This document shows, piece after piece, positions 1 through 8,812 of a stretch of 32,000 nt of DNA. The first letter of the stretch is position 1; every line of letters starts with the position of its first letter. Below the pieces are notes generated by a model, which saw only the letters and a list, made by a program, of their open reading frames with translations, made no database searches and was not told where the DNA came from. The translations under genes and the position numbers were made by a program. This stretch comes from an uncultured Clostridia bacterium (lineage in GTDB: Bacteria > Bacillota > Clostridia > TANB77 > CAG-465). The stretch spans positions 90,398 to 122,397 of the forward strand of contig CAKPAG010000002.1 in assembly GCA_934132895.1 (NCBI GenBank). The letters are read 5' to 3'.

Positions 1-527
1 TCTCTTATTTTTCTTTTTATATTAGTTTCTTTATCTTCTGTTATATTTTTTACAAGCTGTTGGGTAATTGTACTACCACCAAAATCTGAATTTCCGTTGT
101 TAGTCAAATATGTATAAGCCGCACCAAAAGTTCTTTTTAAATCAACTCCTTTGTGTTCAAAAAATCTTTCATCTTCAATAGACACTACTGCATCTACAAC
201 AGATTTTGGAATTTCATCATATTTTAATTCTATTCTATTTTCATTTCCATATAAAACATCTATTTTATTTCCGTCCTTATCATACATAAATGTAGAAAGG
301 TCAAGTTTTGAAATCTCTCCAGTAGAAACTTTTGCTACAAAGTCTGCACAATTATCTATCTCTTCAGCAACTATATCTGAAACTTTTACACCTATATATA
401 TACAACCTGCAAATACTACTAAGAATACACATAAGAAAAATATTGATATAATCTTCAATACTTTTCTACTTTTTTTGTATTTAGCAGGTAAATTCTTATC
501 CTTTCCTTTTCTTTTTCTTTCACTCAT
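1..527 (-). CDS. Class A penicillin-binding protein (PBP1A type). Only the N-terminal part is present: cytoplasmic tail, signal-anchor TM and the start of the GT51 transglycosylase domain. The gene continues past the window start.
   Basis: Absent from the ORF track because the window edge truncates it. Reverse translation from the ATG at 525-527 gives MSERKRKGKDKNLPAKYKKSRKVLKIISIFFLCVFLVVFAGCIYIG...VVSIEDERFFEHKGVDLKR...GGSTITQQLVKN. These are the EDxxFxxHxG and GxSTITQQ transglycosylase motifs. Confidence 0.85.
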   Translation of the reverse strand, partial: MSERKRKGKDKNLPAKYKKSRKVLKIISIFFLCVFLVVFAGCIYIGVKVSDIVAEEIDNCADFVAKVSTGEISKLDLSTFMYDKDGNKIDVLYGNENRIELKYDEIPKSVVDAVVSIEDERFFEHKGVDLKRTFGAAYTYLTNNGNSDFGGSTITQQLVKNITEDKETNIKRKIR

Positions 528-877
528 TATATATCTTCCTATCTATTTAAATCTCTTTCAAATACTTCATATTAAATTATATACCATTTTACATAAAAAA
601 TCAATAATTTCAAGCATTTTTTTGACTAAATATATATAATTTTTTTGACTTTTCTATAAGAATAAATTTTATACTTATAACATATGATATATTAAATAAA
701 AAGTAGCCTTTAAATTATATTAAGACTACTTAAGTTATATATTATAAAAAAGAAGGGGGGTAAACATTTTTTAACGTTTACATTATTATTATTTCATAAA
801 AATTAATTTTTATACTAATTTTTTTAAAATATAAAAAATTAGTGATATTAATAAAATAATCTTTTAAGGAGGTAAAC

Positions 878-1090
878 ATGGAAAAAAATCAACCATACTA
901 TGATCCATATAATTTTAATGCAAATCAAATACCTATGCCCCAACAAGATATAGCACCTGGTATAGAAGCAATAAACCCTGCAATGTATTATGAGCAACAA
1001 TATATGTATTATAGATATTTAACCCAAATGCTTGAGTATAAAACTAGACTTAAAGAATATGAAAGACTATCTCAAGAAGAAAAGAAATAA
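878..1090 (+). CDS. Small hypothetical protein (70 aa; Tyr/Gln/Pro-rich N-half, charged C-terminal helix)
   Basis: The ATG is preceded by AAGGAGG at good spacing, and a strong hairpin terminator follows the stop. No family recognised. Confidence 0.55.
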   Translation: MEKNQPYYDPYNFNANQIPMPQQDIAPGIEAINPAMYYEQQYMYYRYLTQMLEYKTRLKEYERLSQEEKK

Positions 1091-1093
1091 AAA

Positions 1094-1136
1094 AAGGATA
1101 TAGAGCTTAAATATAAGTATCTATATCCTTCTTTTA
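1094..1136. terminator. Bidirectional rho-independent terminator between convergent genes
   Basis: AAGGATATAG (1094-1103) pairs with CTATATCCTT (1121-1130). It is flanked by an A-run on the left and a T-run on the right, so both strands see a U-tract. Confidence 0.7.
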
Positions 1137-1160
1137 TATAAAGAGAGGTGAGTAGCATAA

Positions 1161-1586
1161 TTAGAATATGGTTTCACTTATTGCAAACCCCATTTTATCA
1201 TTTATAATCTCTTCATCACCAACGTATTCTTGTAATATATGTTCAAATTTTTTTGTATACATAGATTTACCATAGTAGCAATAAATTGCAGGATGAATAG
1301 CATAAGTAAATTGCTCCCCGTATCTATCTTCTGCATATTTCAAAAGTTCCATAAATACATTGATGTCATTTGTTTCTGTTTCAATAGTTTCATCACATCC
1401 GAAAGGAAAGTTTATATCATCCTGGCTTATAGCCACATTTCTCATAATTATAACTATATTTTTTTCACTATCGAAAGTTAAAGCTACTTCAACTAAAATT
1501 TTTTTATATTTTTGTTTTTCTTTTTCATCTAACTCTTCAAACTCATTCCGAGCTTCCAACAACTTTTTTCTTAATAGTTCTTTCAT
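1161..1586 (-). CDS. Hypothetical cytoplasmic protein (141 aa)
   Basis: The ORF has a GGAGGT RBS upstream and its own consensus promoter. No family recognised. It contains a 0-frame CGG codon at 1548-1550. Confidence 0.55.
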   Translation of the reverse strand: MKELLRKKLLEARNEFEELDEKEKQKYKKILVEVALTFDSEKNIVIIMRNVAISQDDINFPFGCDETIETETNDINVFMELLKYAEDRYGEQFTYAIHPAIYCYYGKSMYTKKFEHILQEYVGDEEIINDKMGFAISETIF

Positions 1587-1634
1587 AATAATACCTCCAT
1601 TTGTTAATATTTTTTTAAAGTAACATGTAAGGTA

Positions 1635-1663
1635 ATTATAGCACTATTTTAAAGTTATGTCAA
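1635..1663 (-). promoter_or_regulatory. Sigma-70/SigA-type promoter, perfect consensus
   Basis: Minus strand reads TTGACA (1658-1663), a 17-nt spacer, then TATAAT (1635-1640), upstream of the 141-aa ORF. Confidence 0.65.
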
Positions 1664-1681
1664 GATAGGAAGAATACAGAA

Positions 1682-2422
1682 TCAGATAGTTGCTCCTCCA
1701 TCCACTGGAATTATAGCACCCGTAATATACGAAGCTTTTTCAGAAGCTAAGAATACAGCTAGATTTGCAACGTCTGATACACTTCCCATTTTTTCAATTG
1801 GTAAATCGTTTACAAAAGATTGTTTTTCTTCTAAACTTAAGTGATCATTCATTTCCGTGTCAATAATGCCAGGAGTTATTGCATTAACTCTAATATTTGA
1901 TGGCCCTAATTCTTTAGCTAATGCCTTAGTCATGCCATTAAGTCCCGCTTTCATTGTAGAATAGTTTGATTCCACAGAGGCACCTGTAACTCCCCAAATA
2001 GATGATATATTTATAATACATCCCTTTTGATTTTTTAGCATATATTTTTTCAAAGCAGACTGAATTAAATTAAAGGCTCCAAGTAGTGTAACTTCAAACA
2101 TTTTTCTCAAGTCATCTTCTTTAATATCTATAAACAACTTATACTCACAAATTCCAGCATTATTTACTATTACATCTACATTTCCAAACTTTAACAGGCA
2201 AAATTCAATCATCTTGTCTACTTCTTCTCTTTTAGTCACATCTGCTTTAAATATTTCAACATTACATTCTTCTTTTATAAGCTCTTCTTTTATTTTATTA
2301 GCTTCTTTTTCAGAAGTTCTATAGTTTATTAATACATTGTAATCTTCATAAGCAAACTTTTTTGCTATTTCTCTGCCTATACCTTTAGCTGCTCCAGTAA
2401 TTATAGCTGTTTTACGCATCAT
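1682..2422 (-). CDS. Short-chain dehydrogenase/reductase, FabG-like (3-oxoacyl-ACP reductase family)
   Basis: Contains TGAAKGIG (TGxxxGxG), NNAG, and a catalytic Ser plus YSTMK (YxxxK). The start overlaps the upstream gene by 11 nt. Confidence 0.85.
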   Translation of the reverse strand: MMRKTAIITGAAKGIGREIAKKFAYEDYNVLINYRTSEKEANKIKEELIKEECNVEIFKADVTKREEVDKMIEFCLLKFGNVDVIVNNAGICEYKLFIDIKEDDLRKMFEVTLLGAFNLIQSALKKYMLKNQKGCIINISSIWGVTGASVESNYSTMKAGLNGMTKALAKELGPSNIRVNAITPGIIDTEMNDHLSLEEKQSFVNDLPIEKMGSVSDVANLAVFLASEKASYITGAIIPVDGGATI

Positions 2423-3524
2423 TTAAATCTACTCCTTGAGTGTTAAGATTTATTCTCTTATCACTTTTTTTATTATTTATAAATAGGAAAATTGCACCAA
2501 CCACAATCGGTAAATAAAATGTATATATTCTCCAAGTAAGTATAGCCATATTTATAGTACCATTTTCAAAAAATGTATTAAATATTACTAAAAACCCACC
2601 TTCTGCTGCTATACCAGCACCTGGTATTGGAATAAATGCCATAACCATCATTAAAAATGCTTGAGCTGAAATAATATTAATAACTGAAGCGCCATACTGT
2701 CCAAAAGCCCTATATACCGCATAAGTTACAAAGAAAAATACTGTAAGTTGTATAAATGAATAAATAGTCAGTCTAGTAATCATCCATTTTTCTTTTTTTA
2801 TAATTTGGAATTGCTTATTAAAACTATTTATGCTAGTTTTTAGTTTTTCCAACTTCTTATCAACGTTTTTTAAAACTCTTATTTTGCCAAGTAATTTATA
2901 AAAATAACTTACTATTTTATATACAAATTTTTTATTTATTCCTATCGAAACCAAAAATATTATTATTGCAAAATTAACTAAGAAACCAATTAAAGCTAAA
3001 TATACAAAATTACTAACTAAACTTTTAAAATATGAATATTTAAATACTATTAGCAATAATGTATATGCTACTAATGTAGCTTGATACACAATAAATTTTA
3101 TAAGTAAAATACTTGCACTATTTGAAAGTTTTTTTCCTTCATTAACCATAGCAACAGCTTGCATTGGTTGACCACCTGAAGAAAACGGTGTAATACAGTT
3201 AAAAAGCTGTCCTATCATAGATACTCTAAGAGAACTAAAAAAATTCTGACTTTTATATGTTTTTTTAGTAACCACATACAAACATAATGATTCTAATAGC
3301 CAATATATAACCATACAAATAAAGCCTATTAAAAGCCAGTTATAATTTAAATTTTTAATCACATGTACCATAGTTTCCATATCATCTACTGCAAACATAT
3401 ATATAAGTAAGCCTACGAATATAACAGCTACAATTATTATATTTATAACATTCGTAGATACCTTGCCTATTTTATTCTTCTTATTTTCTATTTTAGTCTT
3501 ATTATTATTCTTTTTACTAAACAT
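2412..3524 (-). CDS. Polytopic membrane protein, flippase-like / lysylphosphatidylglycerol-synthase TM-region family
   Basis: 370 aa with about 8 hydrophobic helices and a basic N-terminus. It overlaps the glycosyltransferase upstream and the SDR downstream, which suggests translational coupling. The family call rests on architecture and context, not on a motif match. Confidence 0.65.
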   Translation of the reverse strand: MFSKKNNNKTKIENKKNKIGKVSTNVINIIIVAVIFVGLLIYMFAVDDMETMVHVIKNLNYNWLLIGFICMVIYWLLESLCLYVVTKKTYKSQNFFSSLRVSMIGQLFNCITPFSSGGQPMQAVAMVNEGKKLSNSASILLIKFIVYQATLVAYTLLLIVFKYSYFKSLVSNFVYLALIGFLVNFAIIIFLVSIGINKKFVYKIVSYFYKLLGKIRVLKNVDKKLEKLKTSINSFNKQFQIIKKEKWMITRLTIYSFIQLTVFFFVTYAVYRAFGQYGASVINIISAQAFLMMVMAFIPIPGAGIAAEGGFLVIFNTFFENGTINMAILTWRIYTFYLPIVVGAIFLFINNKKSDKRINLNTQGVDLNDA

Positions 3525-4578
3525 TCTTCCTCTTTCTCCAAGTTTTCTTTTGAGATATTTTATATATTCTATTATAGTAATTTTTCCACATCTTAGCTAC
3601 ATTTTTTTCACTATAATATTCTGCACATTTTTTAGATTTTGATACAGCTTCATTATAATAAGTTCTATCGGAAATAAGTTTTTGTATTTCTGATATAAAA
3701 CTATTTACATCAGTAGCTTTTAAATAATAACCGTCAAGTATCCCCTTATATAATTCTATATCACGAAGTAATATTGGTAAATTACAATTAGATGCTTCCA
3801 AAACAGTCATTGGAAATAATTCTTCAAAGGAAGCTAAAAATAACATATCAGACATGTTATATAACGCATTCATCTCTTCCCTTGGAATTATATCTAAAAA
3901 CTTAACATTCTCAGGTGGATTTTTAAGTATTTTTTTTATTTCATGATATCCATCAGAAATTTGTTTAAATGAAAAACCTCCTGCCCATAAAAATTGTACA
4001 TCTGGCATTTTTTTAGCCACTTCAATAAAGTCCATTATTCCCTTTCTTATCTGCAGTTGACCAACTGAAAGTACAACAAATTTATCTTTATTAATTCCAT
4101 ATTTCCTTCTTGTCTTAAGATTTTCTTCTTTTGAAAGTTTACAAAATCTCTTTTGAGACACATAATTCGGAATATATGTTATCTTTTCTCTAGGAATACC
4201 ATATTCCTCTAATTTATCTATAAAGTATGGATTAACTGTTACTAAAAAATCCATGCTTTTATAAAATTCAATAACATATTTATATACAATCTTCCTTATA
4301 ATTTTAGGAAGTTTTAGACTTGTATCTAAGGTTTCTGGTAAAAAGTGTACATATCCTACTGTACTAGATTTTACCTTTGCAAATGGTAAGGTTAAAAAGA
4401 AGCTAGGATTTATTGTATGATAGTGCCTAATATCTGCAAATTTCAATTTATTTATTCTAACATCATAAGTATCATTTAGATGTGTTTTTACAAGACTTAC
4501 TTGTTCTTCATATGCCGAAAGCACACCTTGACCTTTAACAGTATCTGCTCTTGACATCATATTAATTGTTCTAGACAT
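3517..4578 (-). CDS. GT4-family (GT-B) glycosyltransferase, probably glycolipid synthesis
   Basis: The C-terminal half shows the typical GT4 pattern (GRLxxxKG-like QIRKGIMDFIE, then FLASFEELFPMTVLEASNCNLPIL with the E..E motif). I prefer the ATG at 4578 (MSRTINMM), which follows GGGAGA, over the GTG used by the ORF track. Confidence 0.85.
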   Translation of the reverse strand: MSRTINMMSRADTVKGQGVLSAYEEQVSLVKTHLNDTYDVRINKLKFADIRHYHTINPSFFLTLPFAKVKSSTVGYVHFLPETLDTSLKLPKIIRKIVYKYVIEFYKSMDFLVTVNPYFIDKLEEYGIPREKITYIPNYVSQKRFCKLSKEENLKTRRKYGINKDKFVVLSVGQLQIRKGIMDFIEVAKKMPDVQFLWAGGFSFKQISDGYHEIKKILKNPPENVKFLDIIPREEMNALYNMSDMLFLASFEELFPMTVLEASNCNLPILLRDIELYKGILDGYYLKATDVNSFISEIQKLISDRTYYNEAVSKSKKCAEYYSEKNVAKMWKNYYNRIYKISQKKTWRKRKNV

Positions 4579-4643
4579 AAAAACATCTCCCACATAATCT
4601 CATTTTAACTTTGATTGCTTAATTATATCATATAACTATAGTA

Positions 4644-4681
4644 AAAGCAACTAAGTAATATTTATTTACCATAGTTGCTTT
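4644..4681 (-). terminator. Rho-independent terminator after the coiled-coil gene
   Basis: AAAGCAACTA pairs with TAGTTGCTTT (10-bp stem). On the minus strand it is followed by TTTTAC. Confidence 0.55.
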
Positions 4682-4705
4682 CACTAAATTTATAAAACTT
4701 TAAAT

Positions 4706-6688
4706 TTATCTATTTGGATCGTCAATAGTCCTTTTTTTATTATTAAGTCTAGTTTCATCAATAGAGTCTGAAGGCGATTTTGTCTGCAATCCAAGTCTTT
4801 CACGTAGTTTATTTGAACGACCTTCACTACGCGAAATATTATCTGCATTTTCTCTAGTATATGAACTCATAGCATTTAAAATATTCTTTCTTACAGTAGA
4901 TCTATTGCTAAATCCTTGGAAAAATCCTCTTATTCTACCTGTTTTAATGTTCTGAAGTAATGTACCGTTTTTAATAAATGTCATGAAATTCTTATCAAAA
5001 AATTCAATTTCGTCTTTAGACATATTCGCTTTATTTGCATTAAAATCAGATATTACATGTTGTATTTCTCTTAAAGTTTGAATATCTAATTTATTAAACA
5101 TAAGTGGTTTATTATCTTTATCAAAGAATTTTCTATAATTTATATTACTACCAGACACACTTGTTACAGCTTGCAAAAAGTCTACAGGTTCAGGTATATT
5201 ATTTCTAAAATGTTCTTCTAAACACTTAGCTAATTTTCCTCTAGCGAAAGGTCCTAAATGTTCTCCACTCTTAGCTAAATCTTCATACCCATAATATTTT
5301 AAAAATCTTTCTTGTTCTTCCAAAGAAGCATTCATAAATTTATCAGCAATATAGTTTGAGTCTTTTCTATTTGAGATATCAAGAAGTCCATTTTCTTCTA
5401 AATCTTCTTGAGTTCCAACATCTCCACTTACAATAGCATTCCCCACTGACTTGTCTTTTTTCTCTTTCTTATCTTCTGCTTCCTTTTCATTCTCAGTTCC
5501 TGCTAATTCTTCATTTTGTATATCTTCTTCTGTAATATCAATTCCCACTTCAGAAAATTTATCTGTAAATGTCTGAATATCTTTTTCTAAAGATTTATCT
5601 AAGCCCCCTTTTATATTTTCAAGTTCTTTAAAAAACATTTCATAAGTTTGGCTATCAGGAATACTCTTTAATTCATCTTCTTTAGCTATTCTATCTCCAT
5701 TTAAAGCGGTTATATTTTGCATAGAATTCTTTAAATCTATATTTTCTTTTTTATCATATTCTTTCTTCAATTTTTCTGATTCTCTAAGTGCTTTATCAGA
5801 TAGATCCCCTATCTTTACGCATTCATCACTTAAAGTCGCAAATTCGCTTCTTAAGCGTTCTACTTCTTCATTTGGCTTACCTGCATTGATAGCATCTTGT
5901 ATTTCTTCTTTTTTGTTTTGAGCCTCTGCTAGCTTTGCTTTCCAATCTTCATTATATTTGTTAGATTCTTCTTCTTTATCTTTTATTTCTTCTTTTATTT
6001 TGTCCATTTCAGCTTGTATGTTGTCTCTGTTTTTTTCTTCAGCTGCAATATTATTTTTTATATCTTCAAGCTGTTTTTTTACTTCTTCTTTTTTGGAAGT
6101 AATAGAGTCCATTTCAGCTTTCATTTTTGCAGCAATCTTTTGTGCATTTTCAATTAATTTTGATTTTATTTTTAAAATTGTCTCAGCTTCTTTTTTTAAA
6201 TTAATTTGTTTTTGCTCGTTTGCTTTTACTGCACTCTGAAGTGATTTTTGAAACCCAGAGCTTAATGTAGTCGGCTCCTTAGGAGCTCTAAATTTTGGAT
6301 TAGTAGCAAGCTTTGGATTACTTTTTAACTTTTCATCATATTCTTTTTTTCTTTGTTCATATCTTTCTTTATCAAAAGAGTACTTGTCATTATTTGCAGA
6401 ATCAACTTTATTATATGCTTGTTCTAGTTTTAATCTTTTAGTTTCGTTATCTTCATCAGGATTTAATGAAACTTGAATTTTATTTTGAATTTCATTTCCA
6501 GAAGCATCTAAACTCATTTCAGTATAATCTTTATTGTTAAATTCTTCTGCTTTTTCGTCATAAAATCTGTTTATTCTTGTTCTTGTTTCTTCTAATCTTT
6601 TTAAAACACTATCTCTATTTATATCTTGTTCTTGCAAATCACCTTTTAAACTGTCCAATACATCCTGCATTTCTTTAGTTAACGCCAT
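4706..6688 (-). CDS. Large hypothetical protein (660 aa): long Lys/Glu-rich coiled-coil region plus a C-terminal globular domain of about 200 aa
   Basis: Long uninterrupted ORF with heptad-like KE-rich sequence. No signal peptide or TM segment. No family recognised. Confidence 0.7.
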   Translation of the reverse strand: MALTKEMQDVLDSLKGDLQEQDINRDSVLKRLEETRTRINRFYDEKAEEFNNKDYTEMSLDASGNEIQNKIQVSLNPDEDNETKRLKLEQAYNKVDSANNDKYSFDKERYEQRKKEYDEKLKSNPKLATNPKFRAPKEPTTLSSGFQKSLQSAVKANEQKQINLKKEAETILKIKSKLIENAQKIAAKMKAEMDSITSKKEEVKKQLEDIKNNIAAEEKNRDNIQAEMDKIKEEIKDKEEESNKYNEDWKAKLAEAQNKKEEIQDAINAGKPNEEVERLRSEFATLSDECVKIGDLSDKALRESEKLKKEYDKKENIDLKNSMQNITALNGDRIAKEDELKSIPDSQTYEMFFKELENIKGGLDKSLEKDIQTFTDKFSEVGIDITEEDIQNEELAGTENEKEAEDKKEKKDKSVGNAIVSGDVGTQEDLEENGLLDISNRKDSNYIADKFMNASLEEQERFLKYYGYEDLAKSGEHLGPFARGKLAKCLEEHFRNNIPEPVDFLQAVTSVSGSNINYRKFFDKDNKPLMFNKLDIQTLREIQHVISDFNANKANMSKDEIEFFDKNFMTFIKNGTLLQNIKTGRIRGFFQGFSNRSTVRKNILNAMSSYTRENADNISRSEGRSNKLRERLGLQTKSPSDSIDETRLNNKKRTIDDPNR

Positions 6689-6816
6689 TATTTTTCACTC
6701 CTTTTTTCTATTTCTTGAGCTTTTAAAAGTTCGTTATATACTTCATCACATTTTTTTATAAGTTCAATGTTTTCTTTCAAACTTTTCATATCTTCATCTA
6801 ATTTTTCTTTTCCCAT
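6688..6816 (-). CDS. Mini-ORF (42 aa, helical, charged), translationally coupled to the coiled-coil gene
   Basis: Not in the ORF track. It translates as MGKEKLDEDMKSLKENIELIKKCDEVYNELLKAQEIEKRSEK. Its TAA stop overlaps the ATG of the 660-aa gene (TAATG). The RBS is weak (GAGAAAG). Confidence 0.4.
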   Translation of the reverse strand: MGKEKLDEDMKSLKENIELIKKCDEVYNELLKAQEIEKRSEK

Positions 6817-6854
6817 ACTTTCTCAACCTTTCAATGTATAATATTACTTATTTA

Positions 6855-6883
6855 ATTATATTATATATATTTATAGTTGTCAA
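6855..6883 (-). promoter_or_regulatory. SigA-type promoter, perfect consensus
   Basis: Minus strand reads TTGACA (6878-6883), 17 nt, then TATAAT (6855-6860), upstream of the mini-ORF and coiled-coil gene. Confidence 0.6.
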
Positions 6884-6934
6884 TAATTTGAACAAAATGT
6901 AAATAAAAAGAGATAATAGCCATTTTTTTGCCAT

Positions 6935-7582
6935 TTATCTCGATTTATCATCATTATTATTTTTACTCTTTTTATATTTTTTTAATATGTTATTTATTGA
7001 TGTATAATGTATCACCTTTCCAACCGCAAATATTACTTGGTCAGAATGTTTCATTACAATACTTTTTTCTATAGCTTTTCCTCCAACTGTAATTGAAGCA
7101 ACCACAGCACTAAATATTATAGTCACTATTGATGTATCTAAATGAAATACATTTGCAAATTTTATAGCAAGCATTGCACTTAAAGCACCAGATGCTACAC
7201 CACATACATCCCCTACAACATCGTTACAAACACTGGAAACTTTTTCTTGATATTTAACCAGCTTAACCGTTTCCTTTGCACCAACTTGTTTTTTAGCAGC
7301 TTTTGCGTGGAAAGATTTTTCACTTGCACTTATAACTGCCATTCCTATCATATCAAACAAAATACCAATTGCTATTATTATAAATAAAAGAACGGTAGCA
7401 ACTACAATATTCAATTTATCAATTAATAAATTAGATATAGTACTAAAACCTATTGACAACATAAAAGTTATCAAAAATATATAATATATCCATTTATTTT
7501 CTTTACTATTTTTTTTGACTTTTTTGTTTTTTATATTTTGATTTTCTGATTCCTTCGAGTGATAATCACTTGAATTTTTCAC
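6935..7582 (-). CDS. oapA: Small 4-TM membrane protein; candidate OLE-associated protein A
   Basis: 215 aa. GTG start preceded by AAGGAGAG. Four hydrophobic helices and basic termini. It lies directly downstream of, and in the same orientation as, the large structured noncoding region, with no terminator between them. The symbol is assigned from context only. Confidence 0.55.
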   Translation of the reverse strand: MKNSSDYHSKESENQNIKNKKVKKNSKENKWIYYIFLITFMLSIGFSTISNLLIDKLNIVVATVLLFIIIAIGILFDMIGMAVISASEKSFHAKAAKKQVGAKETVKLVKYQEKVSSVCNDVVGDVCGVASGALSAMLAIKFANVFHLDTSIVTIIFSAVVASITVGGKAIEKSIVMKHSDQVIFAVGKVIHYTSINNILKKYKKSKNNNDDKSR

Positions 7583-7604
7583 TTTTTATTCTCTCCTTAA
7601 TAAT

Positions 7605-8168
7605 ATATGTATATGTTTTAGGCAATATACTAAGTAAATTTTGCGGCTTAGGTCAAGTCGGTTTTCCCTACTCATTACCATTTGTTACCTCCTGGCCGTT
7701 TCCATTTAAAACGAGCAACTTGTAAAATTGTCACTTGATCACCACTTAGACCACACTTTAATCCCTAATATATCTTGTTACAACAGTCTAGAGACTTTCT
7801 CAAACAGACCTTTCCACATGCTTATTCGCTTTTGCACTTGTAATTTCAAAGACAAACATTGTATTTATTTGGCCAAATAATCTACTTGCTTACCATCTTA
7901 TCCGCTACAACCACTCACGACAGACTACAGCTAATATTAGTACTCTCTAATATCAGGTTTTCATCATAGAATATATTATGATGCCTCTCGAGAAGAAGGC
8001 ACTAACCTTTACATGCCATTGCAAATGCACCTTAATCTCTTTCTTCATATAAAAGCCCCCATCTGGGCGACAAAAGCAAATATACAAAGCTTCATCGATA
8101 CGTCCTGTGATGGATTTTTAGGCCCACCTTTGCATATGGGATTCTGACTAGAATACTGCACCTATAAC
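7605..8168 (-). ncRNA. ole: Large structured noncoding RNA; candidate OLE (ornate, large, extremophilic) RNA
   Basis: No ORF in any frame across 7583-8302. The region is clearly GC-enriched relative to its flanks and contains many local hairpins. A promoter lies upstream and a 4-TM protein gene lies immediately downstream. The ends are approximate. Confidence 0.55.
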
Positions 8169-8175
8169 ATATATT

Positions 8176-8204
8176 ATTATAACATATATATTCAAAAAAA
8201 GCAA
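8176..8204 (-). promoter_or_regulatory. Promoter candidate for the large ncRNA
   Basis: Minus strand reads TTGCTT (8199-8204), a 17-nt spacer ending in TGT, then TATAAT (8176-8181). This is an extended -10. Confidence 0.45.
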
Positions 8205-8257
8205 ATATTATGAACAAATTAATAATAAATTATGTAAAAAGCATCTACTTTAATCAA

Positions 8258-8290
8258 GAAAAACTAGCTATTTAAATTTAAATAGCTAGT
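8258..8290 (-). terminator. Rho-independent terminator of the 104-aa gene
   Basis: Perfect 28-nt palindrome ACTAGCTATTTAAA/TTTAAATAGCTAGT (8263-8290). On the minus strand it is followed by TTTTTC. Confidence 0.65.
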
Positions 8291-8302
8291 AAGGTTTATT
8301 AT

Positions 8303-8617
8303 TTAATATTCTTCATCATAATCATCAGCTTCTCCACCGTTATATAACGCTAAAAGAACTAATGCATAATCTTTAGATATTGACAATTTTGTATTTCTTG
8401 GAAAATAGCCTTTTACTTCCTTGAAAAAATCATCAAAATTATCTACAATGACTACTCCTATCTCCATATCTTCCTCTGGAGTTTCCTTTCCTTTTTTATA
8501 AGCTTTTGCAAAAACTTCTCCATTGTGGTCGATGTCTAGTACATACCGTGTTTTGGGTACATCATAATAACCTACCACAGGCATTACCTTGTTTAAATCA
8601 TTAATATTCAAAATCAT
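8303..8617 (-). CDS. Hypothetical acidic protein (104 aa)
   Basis: ORF with a GGAGGAATC RBS upstream and a terminator downstream. It contains a 0-frame CGG at 8546-8548. No family recognised. Confidence 0.55.
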   Translation of the reverse strand: MILNINDLNKVMPVVGYYDVPKTRYVLDIDHNGEVFAKAYKKGKETPEEDMEIGVVIVDNFDDFFKEVKGYFPRNTKLSISKDYALVLLALYNGGEADDYDEEY

Positions 8618-8763
8618 TTCAGATTCCTCCTATAAAATTTTATATTTTACATATATTATTTTATATATGTTTATCAGTTGTAATTAATTATGTTAATATA
8701 ATATCATACTATTCGCTTTTTGTCAATATAATTTCAATATAGTTTAATAATTTGCATTTAATT

Positions 8764-8805
8764 TTAAAAAAATGTTGAAGTATAATTTTTTTACACTTCA
8801 ACATT
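8764..8805 (-). terminator. Rho-independent terminator after rplS
   Basis: AATGTTGAAGT (8771-8781) pairs with ACTTCAACATT (8795-8805). A U-tract follows on the minus strand. Confidence 0.7.
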
Positions 8806-8812
8806 TATTATA

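Noticed and set aside
151-639. 162-aa plus-strand ORF from the ORF track
   Set aside because: It lies antisense to the clearly recognisable PBP1A N-terminus (GT51 motifs on the minus strand). Its translation is low-complexity Ser/Phe/Ile-rich, as expected for the reverse frame of an AT-rich gene.
814-843. 11-bp inverted repeat ACTAATTTTTT/AAAAAATTAGT upstream of the 70-aa ORF, as a possible operator
   Set aside because: It is almost entirely A/T and lies in a very AT-rich intergenic region. No second copy or associated regulator gene is seen, so there is not enough support.
7605-8168. RNase P RNA, tmRNA, 6S RNA or an rRNA fragment as the identity of the large noncoding region
   Set aside because: There is no GAGGAAAGUCC-type RNase P core motif, no tRNA-like GGGG...CCACCA ends or tag ORF for tmRNA. 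It is too long for 6S or SRP RNA and has no recognisable rRNA signature. Size and linkage to a 4-TM protein gene fit OLE better.
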